This document shows, piece by piece, positions 1 to 12,045 of a stretch of 64,000 nucleotides of DNA. The stretch is from Schmidtea polychroa (Eukaryota): assembly GCA_044892525.1 (NCBI GenBank), contig CM097885.1, positions 9,612,001 through 9,676,000 on the forward strand, read 5' to 3'. The notes beneath the pieces are model-generated. The model was not told where the DNA came from and made no database searches. It saw only the letters and a program-made list of their open reading frames with translations. The stretch's first letter is position 1, and every line of letters begins with the position of its first letter. The position numbers and the translations under genes were made by a program.

Positions 1-5
1 AAGCA

Positions 6-1592
6 ATGAAATTATTAGTAACATGGAGAATACCACAAAGTAATAAATATGCGATAAATATAAACGAATTCTACGAAAACGGAGAAAACGCGATGGTAAA
101 GAATACATTAACTAAAGGGGGGACACCAAAAATTATTTTAATAGTACTAAACAGGGAAGACCTCAAATTCACGCAAAATCAGAACGAGCAACAAAGAATT
201 GGGAAACATCGTCGCATTCAATTAAGAGAATTAGTCAAAGAATGGAATAGAAAGAGACACGCTGCAACGGGCAGAAAAGAGTTTGAATTCGAAGCAAAAT
301 TAGCAAGAAACAGAGTGCTAACAGCATATCGCAGATTATTGAACGATATAAATGTCGGGGACGACATTTTAAACGACAGCGGGGGAGATAAACACGATGA
401 CAATGACGGAAAAGGCCGAAAGGAGGATAAAGAGAAAAGAGAACCGGAAGAGGATACACCGGAAAACAAGGATTCGGATGCGAAAAGAGAGGGAAACAGC
501 CCGGGAACCAAGACCAAAGAGGAGGAAAAACCGAATAATGGAAAACAGAGGGTATGCCTACCTTTCACTAACAAAGAAATAGAGACAAATATGATATTAA
601 TGATAATTATGCTTACCATGATAGAGTTAGTAACAGCTCATGGAGGGACGAGAACGATAAAAGAAACCAAAGAAGCGGAGAATCAAGATGGCAAAGAGGA
701 CGAACTAAAACAAGAAAAGAAAAAGCAAGCACAAGAGCAGCAGTGGGATTTAAAGGAAGAATGGGACTTAAAGGAAAGGTGCATACTAGGAAGATGCATG
801 TCTAGAGCGTGTCAGAAACTAGTACTGATAAATGAGGACACAGAACCAATAACAGAAGTAAGAATACAAGAAGCATACCGAAATCGAGACGGGAAGAGAA
901 TAACGAACGTTAAAGGAAAAGAGGTACACCTAGGAAAAGGTGGTGAAGTAGTAATAACGCAGCTCCAACCAAGAAAAGAGCACAAAGTCTGTATTTCAAG
1001 ATTAGGACCAGGTGAGAGATGCCATCAATATGTGACGCAGCAGCAGCCCCCGAAGGAATACACGGTTTGTATCTGGAGGAACGAATCAAAAAGAGAATGC
1101 CGACGATACCCGGGGAAAAGAGAAAAGAAAAGAAAAAACCACGACGAAAAGGACGAAGGAGGAAAGCACAAGAAAACCGGCGAGGAAGCTCAGGACAACT
1201 ATGTTTCGGAGGAAGAGATGGAAAAAATACAAAAGATGGCAAAGGAGGGTATGAACGAGGAAATAGCAAGAATACGAGAGATGATGAAAGGGAATGGCAA
1301 AAGAGGGAACGAGAAAAGTACAGAAGCAATATCAACATTAACAAACAAGGAAAAACCAGAGAGTATAAGCGTGAAGCAGATGATGTGGATCAGTGGGATA
1401 ATAATAACAGGGGCATTCCTAATCATAACGGGGGGAACAATAAAAATAATTAAAGATAAACGACATCGCGGAGAACTAGAGATGACCCGAATCAGAAATT
1501 TCCAACATCGAGTGAAACGACCAAGTGATATCCAACAAGAACAGTGGGTGGAGGCCTGGAACGCTCAGCGCCCTCCAAACTCACGTATATAG
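6..1592 (+). CDS. Putative membrane protein with internal hydrophobic segment, duplicated FN3-like/Cys motif and C-terminal TM; may start upstream of the window
   Basis: 528-aa ORF; hydrophobic MILMIIMLTMIELVTA; repeated LQPRKEHKVCI / QQPPKEYTVCI motif; TM WISGIIITGAFLIITGGTIKII followed by a basic stop-transfer stretch. Confidence 0.6.
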   Translation: MKLLVTWRIPQSNKYAININEFYENGENAMVKNTLTKGGTPKIILIVLNREDLKFTQNQNEQQRIGKHRRIQLRELVKEWNRKRHAATGRKEFEFEAKLARNRVLTAYRRLLNDINVGDDILNDSGGDKHDDNDGKGRKEDKEKREPEEDTPENKDSDAKREGNSPGTKTKEEEKPNNGKQRVCLPFTNKEIETNMILMIIMLTMIELVTAHGGTRTIKETKEAENQDGKEDELKQEKKKQAQEQQWDLKEEWDLKERCILGRCMSRACQKLVLINEDTEPITEVRIQEAYRNRDGKRITNVKGKEVHLGKGGEVVITQLQPRKEHKVCISRLGPGERCHQYVTQQQPPKEYTVCIWRNESKRECRRYPGKREKKRKNHDEKDEGGKHKKTGEEAQDNYVSEEEMEKIQKMAKEGMNEEIARIREMMKGNGKRGNEKSTEAISTLTNKEKPESISVKQMMWISGIIITGAFLIITGGTIKIIKDKRHRGELEMTRIRNFQHRVKRPSDIQQEQWVEAWNAQRPPNSRI

Positions 1593-1753
1593 AAAGGAAT
1601 ATGACTGTATATAACTGTAAAAAGTAAGTATGTCTTATGTATATAACAGTACTATATCTTTATATAAGCGCGGTATCAATATTATACAATAACGGGAATC
1701 ATAAAAATAAAATTAAATTTAAATAAGAGTTGAAAAGTGTATATAAATTAAGA

Positions 1754-2113
1754 ATGGATCAAGGAAATAACGAAATGAACCACAACACAGTAACCGAAGA
1801 ATTATGGAAGCAACAATGTGCCGTATTAGCACAATTAGTGTCCAATTTGCAAGAACAAGGATTGACGATGCACAGAAACCTAATCGAGAGTATGAATAGA
1901 GGATTTAGTTATTTGAAGATAATTGAAGACCAGAGGTTAAAAATCGAACAAATGCAAAGAGAAATGGAGAGGATAACCCAATATAGCCGTAGACAGGAAA
2001 TTGAATTGGATAGAATGATGGAGGAAGCAGAACAGACAGAAATAGAAGATTGGTCAGAATGGCTAATGAGTAGAGAGGAGGGCGGACACGAAGCCGACTC
2101 TTCCGAACCATAA
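1754..2113 (+). CDS. Small coiled-coil protein
   Basis: ORF from ATG 1754 (MDQGNNE...); heptad-rich; TATA-like sequence upstream and AATAAA downstream. Confidence 0.6.
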   Translation: MDQGNNEMNHNTVTEELWKQQCAVLAQLVSNLQEQGLTMHRNLIESMNRGFSYLKIIEDQRLKIEQMQREMERITQYSRRQEIELDRMMEEAEQTEIEDWSEWLMSREEGGHEADSSEP

Positions 2114-2198
2114 ACCAAACCTAGCTTAAAATGTAAATAATTGTAAATAAAATATCGAACCTGTATCGATAAGAACTATATGTATATATAATTATAGA

Positions 2199-3578
2199 AT
2201 GGATAAACGACAAAGAGAAGAGTTCAGAGAGATTGTCGAACAAGTCAGAAAATCTACAACGATCCGAACACACAAACATGTTATGTGCGGAATCTGTGAA
2301 AAGTTGTTAAAGGAACCTCACCAAACCCAATGTGGATGCAGAGTATGTAAAGAATGTATCAGTGAAGCAATAAAGAATAGACTACAGTGGTGCCCGGTGT
2401 GTAAAGAGACACTAATATCGAGTTTAGAAGACACTAACGAGGATAAAGCCGCAGTGAAAGACATGTTAAACACCAATCTGGGATGTAAAAATACCCCATG
2501 CGAATGGAAAGGAATAATATGGAAAGTAGTGCAACATATGGGAGAATGTATGTACAGAATCGGCCAGTGTGAAAGGTGCCATAAAACCATTCGAGCAAGC
2601 GAAGAAAAAGAGCATCAAAGGCAGTGTGAAGAGAGATTAGAAAGATGTGAACATTGTGGAGAAATAGATACGTGGAGAAATCTCACCATCAAACATCACA
2701 ATGTCCAAGAGGAGAGAGTATGTGCAGAGTTCAGTGGGGAATGCCCAAACGGATGTAACCAAGGGGAAATAATAAAGGTGGCACAGCATCTAAGGGAATG
2801 TGAAAAGAAAAGAATGACATGTGTACTAGGTAAATGGGGTTGTCAGAAACTACTACACCGAGGGGAGTTACCACATCATTTAGTAGAAAATGCTTCAACC
2901 CACGCAGAAATGTGGTCGACTGCGTTACAAGAAAGCGAAGAGAAAGTAAAACAAATGGAGATAGAGATAACATCGTTGAAAGTGTTAGTCAAAGAACTAC
3001 TAGAAGAAAGGGAAGCGTTCGAAGAAGCCCGAGCAAACATAAAGATGCAAATAAACCGAATAGAAATCAGTAATAATCAGGCCAAGGAGCTACATCAGAA
3101 AATACGGGAAATAAATCTAAATGAAGTAATACCAACAGCACCCTACATATGGAAAATAACGGGAGTAAAAGAAAGAATACGAAAAGCAAAAACCGGAGAA
3201 GAGACAAGGATAACAAGTCCTGCATTCCATTCTTGGAAAAATGGGTACAAGATGAAAATGAGGATATATCCCAACGGGGATGGAACCGGATCGAATACGC
3301 ATTTTTCGATATTTTTCCTATTATGTAAAGGGGAATATGACGAGGTAATAGAATGGCCATTCCAGGCAAAAATCGATATCGCAATGATGAACGACCAAAG
3401 CGTCCACGAACAAAGCTTTAAAACAACGGGAACCCAGCTGTGTTACCGGCGACCTATGGAGGAAGAAGGAGCAGCATCAGGGGCACCTACGTTCATCTTG
3501 CAGCAAAAGGTGGAAGAGATGACGGAAAATGACACAATATATATAAAAATGACAGTACGAAGGGAAGGAAAAGGTTGA
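2199..3578 (+). CDS. TRAF: TRAF-family protein (RING, TRAF zinc fingers, coiled coil, MATH/TRAF-C), intronless
   Basis: CGICEKLLKEPHQTQCGCRVCKEC..CPVC RING; C/H zinc fingers; YIWKI, SPAF, GYKMKMRIYPNGDG, HFSIFF, GEYDEVIEWPF, ASGAPTFI, NDTIYIK MATH motifs. Confidence 0.95.
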   Translation: MDKRQREEFREIVEQVRKSTTIRTHKHVMCGICEKLLKEPHQTQCGCRVCKECISEAIKNRLQWCPVCKETLISSLEDTNEDKAAVKDMLNTNLGCKNTPCEWKGIIWKVVQHMGECMYRIGQCERCHKTIRASEEKEHQRQCEERLERCEHCGEIDTWRNLTIKHHNVQEERVCAEFSGECPNGCNQGEIIKVAQHLRECEKKRMTCVLGKWGCQKLLHRGELPHHLVENASTHAEMWSTALQESEEKVKQMEIEITSLKVLVKELLEEREAFEEARANIKMQINRIEISNNQAKELHQKIREINLNEVIPTAPYIWKITGVKERIRKAKTGEETRITSPAFHSWKNGYKMKMRIYPNGDGTGSNTHFSIFFLLCKGEYDEVIEWPFQAKIDIAMMNDQSVHEQSFKTTGTQLCYRRPMEEEGAASGAPTFILQQKVEEMTENDTIYIKMTVRREGKG

Positions 3579-3781
3579 ACGGAGTAACCCATCGAATAAT
3601 GTTGTATATAATAATCTGTATATATCGGTGTATATAACCAATAAAATATTATATAATAATAGTATGAAAAACCCTAAATACGAAAACCCAAAAATGATGC
3701 GAAAATTTCCAAAGAAACAGTAAATAATGAATAAATTCCTTTTTCATAATAAAAAGATTAATCGATGTCTATGATTTAGAG

Positions 3782-4777
3782 ATGACACAAGAGAAAATAA
3801 CCGAAACTGCGATAGCCCCAACCAATGTCAACAAGACACAAATTCCCCGAGAACATAACAAAAAATGGAACAAAGTAATGTTCCAACTAACTAATCTCAC
3901 CCGAAATCACATCGAAGAAGCTAGAGAGGATGAGAATAGTCAATACCAATGGTTAATACACAACTTAAGAGCGGAAGCAGAAGCATGCAAAAGAGCATCA
4001 AAATGGGCGTCACTAGAAAATACCCGCCAAGAAGCGCACAGCCACTACTTAAAGCAGCTAGTGCAGGAAGCGAGAAAGAGACTTACCGATGAGAACACCA
4101 AGCGCGAAGCGGAAAAGCAAATAGAAGGAAGGAAAATGATGCACTTAGTAGCAGAAGCGAGAAAATGGAAAAGACAAAACAGTGAAATGAAAAAAGAGAT
4201 GAAAGAATTGCCCATGAGACTCGGATATGAGAGCGAACAGGGCAAATGGGAGGAAAATTTAATAATAAAGGAAGAACTGAAACGGTTGAAAAAGGTCGCC
4301 GCCCGAAGCCAAACATGGCAGATGAAGGCTATGGAGTTTGAGCGACATTTGGCAATAAAATGCGACATAAGAGAGCACGAGAATGCCGCAATGGAAGAGA
4401 TGATAACCCAGCAAGCAGGACGGGTTGTGGAATTAGTAAATCAGGTCGAAGAGATGAAAAGAGACCTTAATGGATTACAAGGATCGTTAGAACAAAGAAA
4501 CATGGTCCTAGCGGGAAAAAACAGAAAATTAGAAAACGAGAGGAAAATGTATACCGAAAATATCAAAAACTTGGAAATAGAAATTGAAAAATGGAAGGGC
4601 GACGAGAAAATCAAGGCCTTAGATAGACAAGTAGAGGCGAATGACGAAGAGACAAGGTATCTCACTTATCTGCTCGACGAAGAGCTGAATATCACTCGAG
4701 CTCTAAGAGACGAAGTTAATGAATTGAGAGCTCAAATCCCCCAATATTACCTACCCTATGACCCTATTCCGATATAG
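3782..4777 (+). CDS. Coiled-coil protein of unknown function
   Basis: 331-aa E/K/R-rich heptad ORF with the same strand bias as its neighbours. Confidence 0.7.
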   Translation: MTQEKITETAIAPTNVNKTQIPREHNKKWNKVMFQLTNLTRNHIEEAREDENSQYQWLIHNLRAEAEACKRASKWASLENTRQEAHSHYLKQLVQEARKRLTDENTKREAEKQIEGRKMMHLVAEARKWKRQNSEMKKEMKELPMRLGYESEQGKWEENLIIKEELKRLKKVAARSQTWQMKAMEFERHLAIKCDIREHENAAMEEMITQQAGRVVELVNQVEEMKRDLNGLQGSLEQRNMVLAGKNRKLENERKMYTENIKNLEIEIEKWKGDEKIKALDRQVEANDEETRYLTYLLDEELNITRALRDEVNELRAQIPQYYLPYDPIPI

Positions 4778-5002
4778 TTGCATCCAGCGGTCGATAGTGA
4801 TGAAGGTTATGTGGGACAGGAGGAAACCTTCGTATAAGGGTGAATAAAAAGATAAAAACAAAAATCGGGACGTATATCCCAAACAAAAAAATTAAAGTAT
4901 TGTAAAAGTATTCAAGGGACTGTAACCCGAACTATTAAATTTTATATAAATCTATATGTATAAGTCGCACTATAGCGCACCATTAACTGTACATATTACA
5001 GA

Positions 5003-5713
5003 TATGAAAATCGAGGAAATAATAGAAATTACGAGCGACGTAGAAGAGGGAGAGATTGAGGCAGAAACAACAGAAACACAAACGTTAAAGGCCAAGTTAC
5101 GGGAAGAGAAGTACGAAAACGAGAGACTAGTAAACAAATATATAGAAGACCGAAAAATGATTAAAATACTAAAGAAGGAGTGCGAAGTGCTAGGAGAAAT
5201 AAAGAGAGAAGCTGAAGAGAAGAATGAATGGCTGCAAGAACAACGAACACGAGGAAGAAACTGGGAAAGATTGCAGAGGAACTATGGCAAGAGAGGGCAA
5301 GCTTCAAGGCAGAAGAAGTAATCCAGGATTATTGGAAAACAGAGGCGAAAGAACGCCAAATAACTATAAATAAATTAAATCGACAATTGGAGGAAAAACA
5401 ACGAGAAAGTGAGGAAATGAAGAAATGGATTCGCAAATACCAAGAGATCGAGAGAAAACAACAACAACAACAACAACAACGAAACCTTTCGCAGGAAAAC
5501 GAACGAGATTTCCTACAAATCGAACTAAAAAGGAATCTCGACAAAAAACGGGAAGAAATTAGAAGACTGAAAAAGGAGATAAGGCACATGAAAAGGGAGG
5601 TCCGTGAAAAGAACAGACAGTTGGAAATGCTGCCCGAGTTAAGACACAGAGTCATTAAAGCGGAATCCACCCTGATGAGAATCGCCGAAAATAACCCAAA
5701 TCAGAATCATTAA
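5003..5713 (+). pseudogene. Coiled-coil gene apparently split by a frameshift near 5250
   Basis: Overlapping ORFs 4956-5321 and 5228-5713 read as one continuous coiled coil if the frame shifts near acacgaggaagaaac. Confidence 0.55.
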
Positions 5714-5754
5714 ATTAAGGGTCACTAAAACCAATTGTAAATAAACCATAATGA

Positions 5755-6324
5755 ATGTATAATAGTATCATGCGAGGCGAGATGATGATAACAATGACGG
5801 TATTGATGATTCTGATGGAGAGCAAGCAAGTAAGCACCCAACCGAAAATCGTACGAGATTACCGAAATCAAAATCAAGAACCTAAACAAGAATCCGGCCA
5901 ATGCACATACCCTATGACAGTAAAAATCCATATCATCCAAACCATTCAATCAACCCGATCACACATCAACAACATCCAAACAATGTGTAAAAAGAATCCC
6001 ATTTGTAAAATGATAAACAAACAAATCCTCGAACAAATCCAACAATTCGACCAGTTGGAACAACAAATGCAACAAGAGAATTTTGAAAATCTTGTAGAAA
6101 AGCCAAAAACACCTCCCGAAATCAATAACACCCATTATCTCATATATGTGGTGATCGCAGAAACCCTCCTCCTATGTCTACCAATACTCATGAAGATTTA
6201 CGAAGTTAGAAATAAATGTAGAATCTCGACATCAATAAGAGTAACCTCGAACAGAAATCCTCAAGAAGTGCCACTGACAAATCTTAACCCAACCCCATTC
6301 CGACCTCGAATCCCGAGTAACTAA
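5755..6324 (+). CDS. Type I membrane protein (signal peptide, Cys-containing ectodomain, TM, Pro-rich tail)
   Basis: N-terminal MMITMTVLMILM; TM YLIYVVIAETLLLCLPILMKIY. Confidence 0.6.
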   Translation: MYNSIMRGEMMITMTVLMILMESKQVSTQPKIVRDYRNQNQEPKQESGQCTYPMTVKIHIIQTIQSTRSHINNIQTMCKKNPICKMINKQILEQIQQFDQLEQQMQQENFENLVEKPKTPPEINNTHYLIYVVIAETLLLCLPILMKIYEVRNKCRISTSIRVTSNRNPQEVPLTNLNPTPFRPRIPSN

Positions 6325-6649
6325 CCAATCCAGCCGAATTCTAACAGTCAGACCTATCTCAACATCAATACCCAAACCAACCAACAACCGCCAGCAGAAG
6401 CATCAAATGGTTAACAGTTCATAAACTCTAACTCAAACATTTGTGTTATCATATGTGGAAACTTTTATTGTATATACAAACTATCACCTTAGGTGATACT
6501 TGCTTGGTCTTGATTTGACCTATATCTTAGAATAAAATTTTTTTTTTGTTATTGTAGTATAATTGTTTCGATATATCCTTTTTATGAATGCATGAAGTAA
6601 GATAACTATGCAATTGCGGGACGCAATTTTGATGGGTCCCCGAGTGATT

Positions 6650-7260
6650 TGTTGGGCTGAGTCGAAGGGTAGTTGGGAAATTAGGGCAAACTTAACTAAA
6701 ATAAAATAAAAAATAAAACCAAATAAATTGACAAATAAAATAGAATAAAACATAAGAAAAACAATAATTAGAAAATAAGAATTAAAACAAAAAATATAAA
6801 GATGAGAAAAATTAAAATAGGACAATAGAATGACGGAAAACAACGTAAAATATAGTAAATAATAAGAAAATTAAGGAAAATAAATAAAAACATAATTTTA
6901 ATAAAGAAAGTAAGAAGAAATAACTCAAAAACAAGGAAAATAAATTAAATTAATAAAATTAAGCGGTACTCAATTCTAATTGGTCCGCGCAAACAAAAAA
7001 TTAATATATAAGCAGGCATTAAAAACATAACAATTACTGTTAATCAAACCACCTCAATAGGTAAGTGAAATTTAAATAACAAACTACTGTTAATCAAACC
7101 ACCTCAATAGGTAAATCTATTCTACGACAGTACAGAAATCCAGCAACTAACGCACGATAACTCACGAGGACAATTCCAAGATTCAAGAGATTTTTACAGA
7201 ACTAGACGATATTCGAGCATTAACTGATTCGACACAGTACCCTTTTCGACTCAGCCCATA
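6650..7260 (+). mobile_element. LTR-like unit, probable 3' LTR of the upstream cassette
   Basis: Starts TGTT; perfect 14-bp inverted repeat TGGGCTGAGTCGAA (6653-6666) / TTCGACTCAGCCCA (7245-7258); TATATAA near 7005; internal ~29-bp direct repeat near 7036 and 7086. Confidence 0.5.
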
Positions 7261-9508
7261 CTTATATCAATCATTCGGTAAGGATTTTTGATTTCTTATT
7301 TTGAATTTTTAAGTAATGCGTATAGTCTAATAATATTTTTAATTTAAAGAATGGTTTTTCTTTTCGTTTGATTTTCGAATGCTTTATTGAAATTAATGAT
7401 TTGGCTAATAATAAATGATCTGCTTTCTAGGAATTATTGATTTTTCTTTGATGAATTATTTTTATGAGTTATTATTATGTTAATTAAATTTTTGAGGAAC
7501 GTGGCGTTGAGATACTCTATGTCATGGTGTGAGGTGCCTTCGGGAGCTCCACCGGTGGACATAGAGTATTTCAATCACGCAGCTAGATTGGGCCGAAATG
7601 TGGGGGCTTCTTCACGGGTCCAATCGCTGAAGGTGCGACTAAAATCTATAGGTAAATTGTGGCAGAAAATTGATAGTCATATAGTGATTGAAAACAAAGA
7701 TATGTAATAAATGAATCGGAGAATTTTGATGTATTCGCGCAGTGATTGAGGGCGTCACACCATCGTCTCCAGATATCGTTTCTACTAAGCCAAATTTTCT
7801 CTATCAGTGAGGTAATCGTTCAGACCTTAGTGAGGCTATGTGTGACATATCTTCGATGTTCACCCTTTTCACCCAGAATCTGTTCCGACCCATTTTTGCC
7901 TATGACCTTTAGAACTGTTATTCCGTTCATCTAAAAGTTTTCTTAGAGACATAGTAGTAAGGAAGTTCAAAATAGATTGCTTCAGACAAGTATTAGGATT
8001 ACTCGAAATGACTGCTTGTAAATCAATGGTAGAACCATGTAAAATGATTTAGTCCAAATAGTTATTCAGAATTGCATAAAACGAGTTTGTTCCAAATAAA
8101 AGTTTAAATTACATAAAATGATTTGCTATAATAAATTTTTAGAATTTTATATAAAAGGATTTACATACAATTAATTATCATAATTACATAAACTATTGGC
8201 ATCAAATAATTTAAAAATGAAAAATGCAACCAATTCGAGCCAAGAAAAATATATTTCTTCAATTTAGCCGATGATCTTGTTAATTAAATATAAAATTCCA
8301 GTATTTCATGGGGTTGGCAATCCAGCAGGGATAGGTAGAAAATCTCCAGAACTTAGAGAATAGATCGATAAACTGTGTTTGAGGAATTAAAGACGAAAAA
8401 TCCACCCCTGGAGCAAACCATATCCAACGTCTGCGATATAGAGAATCATAATTTTTCCAATAATTCGGTGAGAATTAGTAGATCATCATCATATGCAGGA
8501 GAATTGTGAGCAATTACGCGGTAGATAAAAATCCGAGAAAATGCCATCATGCAAACATTTAACACCTACATTTGTAGCGACGAGTATAAATAAGTGTGTG
8601 AAAGCGCACCTTACATGCGTCACCCAGTTGCAGACATACCCAGTAGGCAAGTACAGTGGGCAAGGTCACACCCGCCTCTACTCATGAAAAATCGGACCGG
8701 ACGTATCAGATGGAATTTCCATTAGCTAATTAAATCACCGACAGGCATCAGATTTCATCGCTCCAGATTGATAGTCAACCACCGGGCTGACGTTTACTTA
8801 TCTACCTAGCAGGAATGGTCGGCTGCTAGCTCACATTGATACCGTGCTCAGTTATCATAACGACAATATCTTTTGATGCTAAACCCAATCATAATTATGA
8901 TTATTTTTTCTTTATTATCTTAGCATGAATGATACAGAAACTATTTCATTTTTGACCTAATTATCATTAGTATTAATATTAAATATTATTAAACAAGTAT
9001 TATTTAAACAAGATAAAACAAATATGTGAGTAATTAGAGAGAATGAATAAATAATCGAAAAATTAAATAACCTTCCGTTTATCATGTAGGAACTAATTAA
9101 AAGACATTATGGGCCCCCTTTTCCGTAGATATTTACTCGACCCCAGTATATGATACACTCATCAAAATCACTCGTTCGGGGGGAGAAGTCAACAATTTAA
9201 CTCGATTCTCGGTAAACGTGAAATAATGACTTCAAGCGGATTAAATAAATAATCATTTTCATCGACCTAGAATTTCTCTCACTAATGGTAATATCTCCCT
9301 TTCCTTGTGCGAAATCTGGTTTGATCGATTTATCTTCTTATAATTAAAGACCCAAAAGGTATGAGGATCCATCGTGCAGTAGAACTTGTCTTGACTGGTA
9401 AACCCATATTTTTGTCTATGATCAGTAAAGTATGAATGTGGTCAGATGGTGACACTCCCGTTGATTTAATTATTTTCATTTTTCATTTTTTCTCCACAGT
9501 CACTCAAA

Positions 9509-10258
9509 ATGTTGCCAAATTCCAAGACCGTTCTTCGCCCTTGTTTTTCTTGTTCCGACAAGAATTCAATTATCAAAGAGCTCCAGGCCCAAATCGGAAA
9601 GCACAAAAGGAGAATAGATGAGTTAGGGGGGACATGGTTTAGTCCCACCCAGATGAAGGAGGTTCAGAAGAAGCTGCACCGAAGCGAGCACTGTAGAGAC
9701 GCGTTAATCTCCGAGAGTCGGGCGCAGAGGAGCCTAATAAAAGAGCAGGCGGAGGCGCTGCACAAATTATACGTCCAGGCAGCAACTACCAGGAAGATCG
9801 CGAAGATCCCAATTAATGAAGCCGGAAATCTTTTCCCTGCGCATCATAATATCTCTGGTGGGTCTTCTTCTCCAGTCGGGAAGTCCTGCCATGGGTGCGT
9901 AGAGGCCGAGCTCTCACCTAAAGAACCGGAAATCATCTTTACCGGAACTAGTAAAGTGCTACCTGCGATGGCATCTACCTCTGCAACCCCCCCGACCAAT
10001 CAGGCGGCATCGAAGCCAAAGCGTCGGCAATTATCGAGAGCCGAGCGCAAAAAGAAACAGCGGGAACGCGTAACCGCCAAACAGGACCAGAAACCGACGG
10101 ATCATCCGGTCGAAGTCATCACCCCTCCGGCAGCAATCGAGCTGGCATCAGTGATCTCTGGGCGAATCATCTCCGCCGCTGGTGTCACCTGGGAGGAAAA
10201 TGCCTCTGAATTTTTCGATTTGGAAGATCTATTGGCAGACTCGGAGTGGGAGAAATGA
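9509..10258 (+). CDS. Hypothetical protein with coiled coil and basic NLS-like stretch, probably TE-associated
   Basis: 249-aa ORF in a GC-richer island; KPKRRQLSRAERKKKQR. Confidence 0.45.
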   Translation: MLPNSKTVLRPCFSCSDKNSIIKELQAQIGKHKRRIDELGGTWFSPTQMKEVQKKLHRSEHCRDALISESRAQRSLIKEQAEALHKLYVQAATTRKIAKIPINEAGNLFPAHHNISGGSSSPVGKSCHGCVEAELSPKEPEIIFTGTSKVLPAMASTSATPPTNQAASKPKRRQLSRAERKKKQRERVTAKQDQKPTDHPVEVITPPAAIELASVISGRIISAAGVTWEENASEFFDLEDLLADSEWEK

Positions 10259-12045
10259 GAACTTCTCCGTAAAAGGTTTTCGTTCTCTGAAATTACCCGA
10301 ACATTGTCTGATAACATTTTTACCTTTGTCTCTTTTCCTGTTGTCGTGAATTATATTGTATAAGTGTTAGATATATTTGTGTGATAATCTTAATAATAAA
10401 CCATTTGTGTCTGCATACGTTTTTTTTGTGTGTTCATCTTAGGACAGTTGAGTTGAAATTGGTGAATGGTATTGAGAGTCACAAAATTTTGAGGAGCATT
10501 AGTCAGTTGGCAACTCAGCTAGAAACATTGCGATGGGGCGACGGAATGAGTAGACGTAAGTCCTTCTATCGGCAGTCAGGGTTGGGAAGTCGAGGCCTCA
10601 GTAAGGAGTAGTCCGAAGGAGCTGGCTCACCTGCTTACTGGCGTCTCGCCGGCATAGCACAGTTCCAACGTGAAGCAATTCACGGGTGCTATGTTGGAGT
10701 GTAGGTTATGTACGGGTCCCGCTCGGCGATGACCAAATAAATGACGGGCGAAATCGAGGTGGGCATTCATCCTCTAGACTAAAGCTGCACTAGAAAGGGG
10801 TCATCCGAGTAGTGTACCCGCAACATAATATAATTTTTGTTCAGTTCAACTTTAATGAAGCAGCGTTTTTGTATTCTTAAAAAATTATTTCTAAAATATT
10901 TGAAATTTGAAAAAGGCCCTTTCAATATCTTGGAATGCGTATACAAAAGGCGGTCTATTTAGATTCAAACCCGATCAAAATAGTGTTTTTATTGTTTTAA
11001 CGGTAGACGAAATTGGGAATTCGTGTAAATTGCGATAGTTTTGCAATAAAAAATCTTGCAAAAACACCAAAGTATTGAAAATGTGTTTGTAAGTTTGAAT
11101 AGGAAACGGGGTTTACTTAATATTTAATAAAATTAATATGTGTTTAAGTGGCTGTGATTATTTAAATTTCTTGGAAAATGCGTTTAACACCAGAAAAATT
11201 AAAAGAAAAAATGGCAATAAAGTTATTAATTTAAAATGCGCCAGGAGAATACATAATAATATAAAAATAAATGGTAAACATTATAATACTTGGTAATAGA
11301 ATAACAATCACTGAAACCAGTTTATTTTTGTTACTTTGTAATCCGCTACAAAACTAACTACTTTTTAATTGACACGGCCCTCGATTGCTGTTATAAGAAA
11401 AATTTGGCCCTTCATAATATTTAGTTGAATACCCATGCTCTAGTACATTACATAAAATTACATAAAATTACATAAAATTACATAACATGTATCTTTAATT
11501 GTTTTTCTTTTTTATGCTGATCAATTTTTGGATGTACGTTTTTTTCGAAATTTTTATCTGGCAAGCCTAATATATATATATGTGTTTTATTTCAACTACA
11601 AAGGCTTTGACCCTCCTAAGAAAAAGGGAAACAGATATAATACTGTTTTTATCTCTCGAATTCAACTTTTTATTAATTGCTTATTACTTCGAATATAGGC
11701 TGCACCCTAATTTTGCAGATTAAAAATGTACTAAGTACTAAGTGTGGCTTATATTCGAAGAACTACGGTACTTAATTTATTTAATAAAGTTATTTTAAAT
11801 CAAATTTCAAAGATGCAAAATTGTAATATTTGCTGTTAAAAAATTTAATAGTTAATATAGAACTTTTAAATTTTTAATTTAAAATAGAATCGAAAATGTA
11901 AAACATACAAGAATTAAATTTAATTACGAAATTCCAAAATTTATTTTAGTGTTTAACTAAACTAAATTTATCATATTTTTAGATAAAGCGCAATTCAAAT
12001 ATTAAATTGTAAATGAAAGATATTTTTATTTCAATTAATAAAAAC

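Noticed and set aside
218..5670. Minus-strand Ser/Phe/Leu-rich ORFs
   Set aside because: Antisense shadows of purine-rich plus-strand genes
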